A stretch of 54,101 nt of DNA from NCBI GenBank assembly GCA_963575745.1, contig CAUYUJ010000263.1, positions 62,001 through 116,101 on the forward strand, given 5' to 3'. Origin of the DNA: Prorocentrum cordatum (taxonomy: Eukaryota). Position numbers and translations under genes: made by a program. Positions 12,965-22,690 of the stretch are shown one piece after another. Position 1 is the stretch's first letter. Each line of letters opens with the position of its first letter. The notes beneath the pieces were generated by a model that did no database searches, was not told the origin of the DNA, and saw only the letters and a program-made list of their open reading frames with translations.

Positions 12965-13159
12965 TGCGGGCAATACTTCTGTCCATATCCACTGCCGTAT
13001 GGAGTTTCGGGCTCCCTTCCCAAGAAGCCCGAGGCGCACCGGATATGGATAAATTTGCCCCCCAGAGGCTCGATGTTCATATCCAGTGCGCCTCGGTCTT
13101 GTGGCGCCGCTTCAAAAAAGTCCAAGAGGCACTGGATATGGACATGAATATTGCCCGCA
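12965..13159. mobile_element. MITE with TIR tgcgggcaata... and 5-bp TSD TAGGG
   Basis: TAGGG at 12960-12964 and 13160-13164. Imperfect TIRs of about 30 bp, with internal catatcca/tggatatg inverted motifs. Confidence 0.85.
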
Positions 13160-13782
13160 TAGGGATCCCTTTGTCCGCGCCAGGGTTCTGCGGGAGCTCA
13201 AGAATCATGCGATCGCAAGCATGGATCAAGGAGACGTGGATTAGCGACGGGCCCCGCTCCCACGGGGAACCGCAGATTTCCGCCGCCGAACGAGGCGGTA
13301 CTGGCCGCATTTTGGGGAGGACGCCGCCCCCGATCCATGTATTGCTAAGGCCTTACGGCCGGTGCCGCCGACCCTGGAGGCCTCGGCCCTCGACGGAAAT
13401 GTGAGGGAGCGGGCGGGCCATGGGCCCTGGGAGGGTGGTATTCCGACCCAGGATCCTCCCTGGGACCCCCTTCCGGGCACCCCCCCCTCCGCGGGGAAGG
13501 GATCAAAGGGAATGAGCTTTACTTGCACAGGCGAGTCCGTCATGGGGCCGCACTTGGATTGCAGCATCGGTGGTGGGGCATTCTTGGCCTCGCTTTACAA
13601 CGAGCTCTAGCTAGGTGTGCGCTGGGGCTGGGAGGTGACCTGGCCTATACGCCCCAGAGGCCTACATGCCCGCTCGCAGACTTGGAGGCGATTTAATCCT
13701 CCTCCTCCTCCTCGCCCTCCTCCTCCTCCTCCTCCTCCTCCTCCTCCTCCTCCTCCTCCTCCTCCTCCTCCTCCTCCTCTGT

Positions 13783-14148
13783 TTGTTGGTAGACCAGACA
13801 TGTATTTTCACCACATCTGCTAGCACCCGGCCGCCTTTGGAGTGTGCCATTGGGGTTTACGCCATCTCCGCTTGGTGCTAAATGGGCTGCAGCACGCACG
13901 GCATTTGCGCACTATTCCTCTGAGCAGATCCACACTAGCAAGAGTATGACTCCGTCTACTTTCGGGACCGTTGCTAAAATGACGCCAAGCTTAGCAGCAG
14001 CAAGGCAAAAGCTGAGACAGGGAGAGATGACACAGAGGACCCAAGACGCGAGAGAAACGAGGAGTGAGCTGAGCAAGAGATTGACATGCAAGACGGGTGT
14101 GCAATCAACTCTCTCACATAATGTTGCTTCTACTGCGGCTGCTGCTGC
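13783..14148 (-). repeat. Direct repeat (pseudo-LTR), 3' copy
   Basis: ttgttggtagaccagacatg...actgcggctgctgctgc, highly similar to 19093-19477 with small indels. Confidence 0.92.
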
Positions 14149-14334
14149 TGTACCCGCCACAACGACCGCAGCAGCTTGAAGGGCTACACAGCATAGTCCA
14201 AGGGCTGCGGCGAGACTTGCGCATCTGCGTAGCGGTGTGATCCGCTCGACCCCCATCGAGCAGACATCGAGGAGTAGAATTCCTGATAGGAGAACGATCA
14301 GGCACGTTATTTGAATCACTCGGCGCATCGTCAT
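13912..14334 (-). CDS. Small hydrophobic ORF (putative membrane protein) at the 3' end of the Penelope-like element
   Basis: 140-aa ORF with 3-4 hydrophobic segments. The same frame stays open in the second repeat copy (19226-19420). Confidence 0.35.
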   Translation of the reverse strand: MTMRRVIQITCLIVLLSGILLLDVCSMGVERITPLRRCASLAAALGLCCVALQAAAVVVAGTAAAAAVEATLCERVDCTPVLHVNLLLSSLLVSLASWVLCVISPCLSFCLAAAKLGVILATVPKVDGVILLLVWICSEE

Positions 14335-14383
14335 GGTTGGCGATTTTGATATTGTAGTGCTGTAGTCTTGTTTGGTTTGTCTT

Positions 14384-15576
14384 CTAGGCCATGGCGCCAG
14401 AGCCCTTGCCAGTAACGAGCTGGATGAGCTGCTCGATTTTCTTCGCTTTGGTCTTCCCGATGGACGTGCTCAAGCTGTTCTTCTTCAAGATCGTGTCCAA
14501 CTTCGCCTGCGCGGCTTCCCCGGCCAGGCGCGAGATGAAGCCGGCACTCTCTTGCGGCCAGCCCTCCAGCGAAGTGCCGGGGCAGACGGTTTTGGCTACG
14601 TGCTTCAGCACTTTTGCTTCCGTGCTTTCCGCATCCTCGGGCTCCTCATCCTGGCTGGGGACGGCCAAAAGGCACGCGGGCCCTGCGGGCCGCCCGATGG
14701 CGCGGCGCGACGGCCACTCCCACTTGCCCCTGACGCAGACCAGGCCTGCGTTCTCGACGACAGCGCCCAAGATGTCGTCGAGGCCCTTCTTCGTGGTGCC
14801 CTGTTTTCGGGGGCGGAAAAGAGGGGGGTGATGACTAGGGGGGGGTGGATATCATGGCGGGGGCCAGGATATTTCCCCAGATTTTATGGAGCCTTTTCTT
14901 ATTACATTACGTCCCTGGCCCCCCCGCTGGGTCGCGCGCATGCCGCCGGTCATGATTTGCACCCCCCCCCCTTGGATACCCCCCTCTTGGCCGCTCCCGA
15001 TGTTTGGCTGCGACGACTTCTTTGAGTCTCTCGACGAACTCCTCCTCCGTGTACTTGCGGGCTCCGGACGGGTTCCCCATCCCAGTCTGCAGGGATCTCA
15101 CCCGCTTGGTGACCGCATCCTCGGGGGTGGTCTGCTTCTGCATGATATTGCGGAGCATCTGCTTCATGAGGCCAAACCCGGCGCAGTCACTGTCCGAATC
15201 CTCGTCAGACTCCGACTCCTCAGACATGGCAAGCCTCTTCGACATCCTCACGAAGCGGAAAGGTGCACGCTTGCCGTCACGGTGGCTCTTCCTCCTTTTC
15301 TCGTCATGCTTGCTCTTGATCCCCAGGAGCTTGCGCACAGCTGCCTCCGCACCTGGCGAGATCTTTTTCACGAAGGACCGTTCTTGCTCCTCCATGGCCT
15401 TCAGCCTGCTCGTAGTCATACAGGTGGCGGTTCAAGTCATCGATGCCCGAGAGCCCGTCAGCCATCCATAGAGGCTGCTGCGATCCATGCGGCGTGTAGC
15501 CCATGGACTTGCCCTTGCCTTTGCCGTTGCCGTTGCCCCCCTGCCCGTACTGGTTGTAGCGGTTCCAAGATCCCAT
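14384..15576 (-). pseudogene. Accessory ORF of the Penelope-like element, interrupted by a frameshift and a MITE
   Basis: Starts MGSWNRYNQYGQGGNGNGKGKGK, followed by a basic/acidic region. Removing 14807-15000 plus one TSD gives in-frame VVAAKQGTTKKGLDDILG. The C-terminus LDTILKKNSLSTSIGKTKAKKIEQLIQLV resembles a helix-extension-helix (SAP/Rho-N-like) motif. Confidence 0.6.
14807..15000. mobile_element. 194-bp MITE with 5-bp TSD TGTTT
   Basis: TIR tcggg(g/a)gcgg(aa/cc)aagagggggg. TGTTT at 14802-14806 and 15001-15005. Excision restores the host ORF. Confidence 0.9.
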
Positions 15577-15799
15577 GAGACCCGCAATGGAACAGCACCA
15601 GGGCAGGGGAGGAGAGTTGTGCACGCGGCGAGGGCCGAGATGGGCTGCAGACACGATGGGCATACGTAACGGCGCATGAAGAATATTTAGGCTGCTCGGC
15701 AGATCCATGTACATGTCTCGTGGAGAACACGGTGTATGAGGACGAAATGTGAAGATCCATCTGCATGCAGGGGCCCCCCCCAAACCCTCTGGAAATAGT

Positions 15800-18700
15800 C
15801 TTGGCAGGATTCGGCCGAAAAACTTTGACGACAGCCAAGAATTCTGAGCGATGCTTCCGAGGAATACTGCGACGCGTCTTTGCAAGCCATTGCGGGGGCC
15901 ACTGCAAAAGTAATATCTCACAAACAAGGTCACCGAAAGCATTTCGAGCACGGCTCGGATCCCCTTCGGCCACACTGGTGTGACTGAGAACTCGTTCCGT
16001 GGTGAAATCCGAGTGTGGTAGACGAGGAGGGCTAATGAGGAAATTTTGCCAACTGGGGTTGTTCCGCCTGTCCACGGGCAAACTCTGCGTTCGGGGAGAA
16101 AGGGCGCACCTCGTGCGATAGGCCTTTCGGCCGGATGTGCGCCTGGAGGTATGTGAGAGGGAGGCCCCGACCCTCCACCGTGACCCCGATGTCCGGGGGC
16201 CAGAGCATACGCATAGCACGTTCAAGGCAACTCTCATAACAAAAAGAACATGCTAAATACGAGACTGACGTCGACGTATAAGATGCCTTGGATGAGCTCT
16301 GCTGTCGAAAACCCCGGGCATGCAAGACCGATGGAGGCACTATACCCTGCTTCTGTGTGTAAGCGATGGACGTTCTCTCCAAGGTCGCCCACGGTGGCGG
16401 GCTCAGACATGCTGCCACCCATGGGCCACCCCGCTTACGGCAGAATATGTCTTTGCCCACCATGAAATGGATGTCCTTGGAAGCGAACTTGAGGGCCCTA
16501 CGAATATCAGCGAATGTGTATACATCATGATCAGAGGGAACGTGATCTCCACTACGACATAAGAAACCTTTTGCCTTCGAACCCCGTTTGACTGCCACTG
16601 CTGTTTTTCCATGCCGTTTGAAGGCCCGGTCCAGGAACAACGAACACCGACGAACACCACGATCGACGTCAGCATCTTGAAACAATTGACTGCCATCGCA
16701 TTTAACCCAAGATATACACGAGTTTGGTTTTCCACAAGGGCACCGAAACGTGAAGGCCACTGGTGCGAAGACGACGGACACGCTCCGCCAACATTTTCGG
16801 TAGGAGACGAGGTTCCCAGAGCGACCAAGAACTATCTCCAGAATGCTGCTTGGCCAAACTTAGCGCGCGGGCAGCCTTCCAGAGGAACCTGCGCTGAGTC
16901 TTCTTGCAAGTGGAGGCGATCTCTCTGTGGTGTGCATGCGCGTGTGTACGCTTGAGTGCGCCACTCGTGCGATCAAGGCACTTGCCTTTGATGGTAAGGT
17001 ACGCATGCGGAAGATGATGTACGCGTGTGATTTCGGGCCTCCGGTGCGTTTTGGGGATGTATATGTCGACCAGTGTTTGAAGACGCCGGGCAACTTCTTT
17101 AGCACGTAGGTGCGGGCAGTGCTCGTAGTGTACGGGGTCTTCGCAAAAACACTCCCATAGTTTCCAACCGCAGCAAATACGGGGTATGCATACACGTCTG
17201 CGCGGGTCCTTATCCTCGTATATGGCATGCGTGCAGCTCCAGACCAGCAACCCAAAGTACATGAAATGCGTACCTGTCGCCCCAATGCTCGAACAACCAA
17301 TGTGCCTCGACGCGCCCCGGCAGTTGCAGGTACGAATGGTGCGAGGCAAGTTGCCGGCAAACATCGAAGAAGACGAAGGAGAGAGGCAGGGTGGCAGGAA
17401 CATCCCAGTGTTGATCCAGCCAAACAACGGCATGTGACAGGAAATCTTGGCAGCGAGGGGCATGTAGCAGATATTGACAAACTGTGTGGGAGAAATCTCA
17501 ACATACTTGCCGCTGTTGCGGAATATGATCAGAAACTTCAGGAGGTCGCACACTCAATATTTCTGTTTGTGCACGCAGGTAGAGAGCAACATTGGGAGAA
17601 CGCATTTTTTACATACCCAATGTATGTAGTGGTTACGCGTGCGACGACAATGTTGTACGAACGCGTGTGAGGTATCCGGCAATCTGAACAGTTTGATGCT
17701 CGACGGGAGAAGGTCCCCCGACGACATGAATCGTTCAATCTTTCTTCTTGCGATGACAGCACGTTCATACGTGAGGCGTGAGCAGAGAATCCAGACAGAT
17801 AGGAGATATTCGACCAACCAAACATGACGCCATGCGGCATGATAGCGCAGGCGGGTGTGTCGCTCCCCCAAGTGCGTTGCCAGCCAGAGCTCGTAGCCTC
17901 TGCGGTAGAGACGCTGCACCACTTCATCTCTGGAAAGATCGTAGCGCTGACGAGCCCAACCCAGCAAAGCAGCAAACGAGGTATCAGTAGACGGGAGACG
18001 GCTCCGCATCGCCTGATCTTCCCGTAGACGGCATACCAAATTGAGTCGAGACTCGTCTGCGAGAGTGGGACGCTTCCGGAACCTCGGGAACGGACGTGGT
18101 TTCGGACCCTGCCCTCGCTGAGTTGGTCCTGCTCCGCATTGGGTTGTGGGCCGCAGTACTCTAATTGCCAAGGACTCGTACTCGGCAGTTCTCGCCTCAG
18201 TGCTGAAGACCATGGGTGCGAGAACGAACGACCAGGACGAAGATGAACGCCAGGAACGATACCGCGGGCGTCCAGCTTGGTTTCCTTTCTCGCTGAAGGT
18301 GGCCTGGAAGTGTTTCCAAGAACGACCCTGCAGCCCAGAGCGCACGGTGCGACTGCGCGGACGAGTGCACTTGGCACGCCCCACATACCAGGCTCCAGAT
18401 TCCCAGGAGAACGCTGAGTAGCATAATGCTGCATGTGGTTGGGAGGCAGGGTCCCAGACCAGACGAACCATTTCAGTAAGATGCCGAGGCCAAGACTCCC
18501 CTCGAAAGTCAGATCGTAGAACGCACATTTGGAGATGAGGCGAAGCACATCGAAGAAGTACTCGCGTCCAGTGTTTTCGCTCGTGCTGTTTTGAAATCCG
18601 TTCGCATGCGATAGGGATGCCGGTAAAGACCAGGAGGGACAGAACAGCTTGTGATTCACTTTTGTGTTGCTGCCACGATGCGAGGGTGCACCTAATATTA

Positions 18701-18938
18701 ACTGATGTTTGTAACCAGTGTTGATCACGTACTGCACGCGTGCTGTATTTAAGTACCAGTATGCCAATCTTACGCGCTGTGGTGGTCGTGTCTGATGCAG
18801 CGTGATACTACAATACTGACAGAGACCAGATATAAGAGCGTGTTCAGATAAACACTGCAGAGCATGTAGAGGCAGGTGGCGGGGTAGGGAGGGAAAGACT
18901 TCCTGCGCACGACGTGACCGGGCTTCCATGCCTGCCAT
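15800..18938 (-). pseudogene. GIY-YIG endonuclease / reverse transcriptase polyprotein (frameshifted)
   Basis: LCYSAFSWESGAWYVG...R...EYESLAIRVLRPTTQ is a GIY-YIG domain (~18135-18430). RT motifs: DADVD (~16660-16680), KRG..MGGSMSEP (~16400-16440) and YVDV in place of YVDD (16267-16278). Thumb-like end LVCEILLLQWPPQWL. Confidence 0.75.
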
Positions 18939-19092
18939 GTGAGGAATGCCAAGGGGTAATTGAACAGGAGAAGGATAAAGAGGCAGACGAGCTTGGGGAC
19001 AGAGTCAGTGTAGATGAACAAATAGATGGGGACGTAGTAGTGATAGGAATTCATACTTCCACGCCAACAATATGGAACTGTGAAAGCGCTGC

Positions 19093-19477
19093 TTGTTGGT
19101 AGACCAGACATGCGTTTTCACCACATCTGCTAGCACCCGGCCAATTGTGGAGTGTGCTACTGGGGTTTACGCCATCTCCGCTTGGTGCTAAATGGGCCGC
19201 AGCACGCACGGCATTTGCGCACGAACTATTCCTCTGAGCAGATCCACGCTAGCAAGAGTATGACTCCGGCTACTTTCGGGACCGTTGTTAAAATGACGCC
19301 AAGCTTAGCAACAGCAAGGCAAAAGCTGAGACAGAGAGAGATGACGCAGAGGACCCAAGACGCGAGAGAATCGAGAAGTGAGCTGAGCAAGTTATGGTAC
19401 AACGTGAGACTTACATGCAAGACGGCTGCGCCATCAACTCTCTCACATCATGTTGCTTCTACTGCGGCTGCTGCTGC
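19093..19477 (-). repeat. Direct repeat (pseudo-LTR), 5' copy
   Basis: Matches 13783-14148. Confidence 0.92.
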
Positions 19478-19679
19478 CTGCTTAGTCGGTGCGTCGGGCC
19501 CGTCGCTGCAAGCGATCGCGCCCTTTGTTTCACCCTTCTGTTGCCGTGGCGAACTGGCCTTGTGGACCCTATTAGCCGCGAAAAAAAAAATCGCTGTGGA
19601 TGGGCTGGTGCATTTCGCTTTGGCTGGCGCGCTTGAGGACGATGGCCCAGGGAAAGGGGGGGGGGGGCGGCGACGGACT

Positions 19680-19830
19680 CAGGGGCTTCCCTTTGAGCAA
19701 CTACGACGTTGCTCAGATTGGCCCCCACCCCCCCCCGCATCGCGGCCGCTCCCCTTTCCCGAAGGGAGCTGCCCAGGCGCTCCTGCCCCCCTCCCTTTCC
19801 CGGCGCATCCAGGTGCGACCCCCCCCCTCC
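19680..19830 (+). repeat. Dispersed repeat; copies at ~27615-27745 and ~28398-28505
   Basis: ggggcttc...cgacgttgctcagattggc...cccgaagggagctgccc(a/g)ggcgctcc in all three. Two copies are followed downstream by cgcc(a/g)aaagggtcggcggattt (~20275, ~28628). Confidence 0.85.
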
Positions 19831-20193
19831 CCCCCCCCCCCTTCTCGCCAACGACCCACCCGTGACCCACCGACGACCCGCCAGCGGCGACCCACCCAGC
19901 GACGCTGACAGCGGTGGTTCTATGAAGTATTGGCGCCTGTCGGCGGAGGACGATGAGGCGGAGGACGAGGAGGAGGAGGAGGAGGAGGACTTGGAGGAAG
20001 AAGAGGATGAGCAGGAGGAGGAAAGAGGAAGAGGAGGAGGAGGACGACGAAAAGGAAAATAACGAGGACGATGACGAGGAGGAGAAGGAGGATGAGGAGG
20101 AGGAGGAGGAGGAGGAGGAGGAGGACCCCCAACCAAGGCAGAATGGCATTCTCCCTAGGGAGGGGTTACGATTTCCTCAGGACCCTCCCCCCG

Positions 20194-20226
<33 letters not shown>

Positions 20227-20339
20227 TGCCCCCCCTGCCCAGGACCCCTCCCCATGCAGACCCCCCCCCTCATACGCCAAAAGGGTCGGCGGATTTTGGT
20301 CGCGAGCTTTCGTCGACCAACATTGCAGTTGAGAGCGAC

Positions 20340-20349
20340 TTGGCTCAAG
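20340..20349 (+). other. Partial SL relict upstream of the Ub-HET-LRR gene
   Basis: TTGGCTCAAG equals the last 10 nt of the dinoflagellate SL. The match is short and could be chance. Confidence 0.35.
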
Positions 20350-20574
20350 CAGCGCCCTCGGCGAAGCCTCACGCGACCCCACGCCCCGGCGTGCACCGTG
20401 ATCCTCTCGCAGGGCGCCCAGCCCGCTCGCCGCGCACCGGCGACGGCCCCACAGGTGCTGAAGAATGAGCTCCCGCAGGTCGACGGCCTGAAGGAGGAGG
20501 GCGGCAGCTTGGCGGAGGCTGCGGTGCCACGCCTCTGCGGCTCGCCAGAGCGCAGGCTGCACACCCTGGCTGGC

Positions 20575-22690
20575 ATGTGCGGCGGCGGGCTGGGGGAGGG
20601 GACGCCGCCTGAGATGCCGTCCCGCTCCGCCGCCTCGGCCGAGGTCAGGATCGAGGCCAGCGCCCACGTGGCGCAGACGGACAGGACCTTCCAGCAGCCT
20701 CTCCAGATCTTCGTCAAGACCCTGGCTGGAGAGACGATCACGTTGCACAAAGTGATGCCGACAGAGCGCATTGAAAGTGTGAAGGCGCTCATTCGGCACA
20801 AGGAAGGCATTCCTTGCGAGATGCAGCGTCTCGTCTACAGTGGAAGGCAGCTTGAAGATGGACGTGCACTTGGCGACTACAACATCACGACAGAGTCCAC
20901 GCTGTTCGTAACTTCCGTTCTGGTTGGAGGTGTGCAGACCGGGGGCGCCAGCGCGTCTTCCGAGAGCGGGGAGACGGGCGCACGGGCGGCTTCCCCGCGC
21001 ACGTCCGCCGTCAGCTCGTTCGCGGGATTGTGCTCCTGCCTCCGAGGCCGCCAGCTGGGAACGGTTGGCGTCGCCGAGGCGCAGGCTCCCGCCGAGGACG
21101 CCAACGAGGAGCCCATCGACCCCAGCCAGTTCACGGACGCCGCGAGCCTGTTCGACGCGCTGGCGTGCACCGTGCAGGGCCTGCACCCCGTGCGCCTGGT
21201 CCGCATGTCGTGGCTGCTGCAGCAGCGCGGCACGGTGCTGAAGCGGCGCCAGGATCGAGGCCTCCTAGACGGGGTCGGAGCAGATGGGGTCGGAGGATCG
21301 CGCCGCATCGCCGATGCATCGCCGATGCGGCTCGATGCGGAGCCCGATTTTCTTCACGCGGACGTCGCCGATGCATCGCCGACGTCGACGTTGCATCGCC
21401 AGTGCATCGCCAGTGCATCGCCGATGCATCGCCGATGTATCGCCGATGCGGCGCGATCCTCCGACCCCATCTACTCCGAGCCCATCTAGGAGGCCTCTAC
21501 AGGAGCTGCCCGAGGAGGCGTTCGTACCTGCAGGGGAGCTCCGGCAAGTCTGGGAAGCTGGCGGGCGAGGAGGCCGAGACAAGGTGGCACCCATCATCAC
21601 CATCTCCTTCTGCTGGGATACACGAGACCACCCCGACCCCACGGGGAAACAGCTGGAGTTGGTGATCGATACTCTGGAGAAGGAGCGCCACAAGTACGCC
21701 GCACTCAGGTTGGGCTTCCCGGGGTTCACCGAGATGGGGATCTTCTGGGACTGGCCCTCGCTGCTGCAGGGTGACCCTGACAAGGCCGAGGCAGCGAAGA
21801 AAGCGGCACTGCAGGAGGGTAAAAGCGACAAAGAGGCCGAGGACGCCGCGGACAAGGCCAAGCGCACGCCCGCCGAAAAAGCTGCGTTCAAGCATGCGCT
21901 CCACAAGACCATGGATCTGTGGTATGCCCATCAGGGCACCACAGTCTTCCTCCTGACGCAGCACCCCCAGGACCGAGGCAGCACGCGCGAGTGCGGGTAC
22001 GACCAGTCGGGCTGGACGACGTACGAGCGGTGCTCCACCGAGCAGATCAAGAATGTGCATCGGCATGTGGCGAAATGGAGCGCCGTGGCCGACCTGGGGC
22101 AGGGAGCGGGAGCCAGGGCGGCGGGCAGGAAGTGGCCGGTGGGCCCCGACGAGTTCGACCGGCTCATCGAGGGCAAGACCTTCACGAATGGCTCGGACCG
22201 CGAGACGGTGAAGCAGATCTTCCGCCGGATGAGCCGCGTGCAATTGGGCAGCGTGACGGAGCTGGCCTTCGACGGGATGAAAGGACCCCTGAGCCCCGAC
22301 GAGGCGGCGGGCCTCGGCGGCTGCCTGCGCCTGTGCGCCCGCCTGGAGAGGCTGAACATGAGCGATTGCGAGATCGGCCCCGCGGGCGGCGAGGCACTTG
22401 CGGCTGCGTTGCCCTCGCTGACCGCCCTGCAACACCTGGTCCTGGACAACAATGCCCTGGGCGAGGTGGGCGGCCAGGCCATTGCGGCCGTGCTGCCCTC
22501 GCTGCCCGCCTTGAGGGTGCTGATTTTGCAGGGCAACGACATCGGCGAGGGGGTGAAGGCCATTGGCGCAGTGCTGCCCTCGATGCCCGCCCTGACGGAG
22601 CTGTATCTGGGCGTCAACAACATCGGCGACGGGGCGAAGGCGGAGCTGCGGGCCGCGTGCGAGGCGCGCCGCGTGCGTCTGAATATCTGA
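20575..22690 (+). CDS. Ubiquitin-like domain + HET/TIR-like domain + RI-type leucine-rich-repeat protein; exons 20575-21252 and 21503-22690 (621 aa if this ATG is used)
   Basis: Ubiquitin fold [14 protein letters not shown]...[34 protein letters not shown]...LVGG (20701-20931). HET-like motifs [35 protein letters not shown]. About 28-aa LRRs from ~22250. The true start is uncertain; candidate acceptors at ~20454 and ~20478 suggest possible upstream exons. Confidence 0.85.
21253..21502 (+). mobile_element. Introner-like element forming a 250-nt phase-0 GA-AG intron (TIR element 21255-21499, TSD CAGGA)
   Basis: About 70-bp TIRs. CAGGA at 21250-21254 and 21500-21504. Splicing cag|GA...tacAG|gag restores [11 protein letters not shown]. 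Confidence 0.85.

Larger units (their letters stand above)
13783..19477 (-). mobile_element. Penelope-like retroelement with N-terminal GIY-YIG (Chlamys/Naiad-type domain order), decayed, in partial tandem
   Basis: GIY-YIG plus RT ORF remnants, and ~370-385-bp direct repeats at 13783-14148 and 19093-19477. The 3' end abuts a (CCT)n tract at 13697-13779. Confidence 0.75.

Noticed and set aside
14807..15000. This MITE as a spliceable intron
   Set aside because: No register across the TSD gives a GT/GC/GA donor together with an AG acceptor on the coding strand.
20071..20574. N-terminal extension of ORF 20071-21489
   Set aside because: It runs through (GGA)n, poly-C and a dispersed repeat end. 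It is unlikely to be coding as given, although an upstream exon is possible.
21284..21502. N-terminus of ORF 21284-22690 ([14 protein letters not shown]...)
   Set aside because: It is read-through of the Introner-like insertion.
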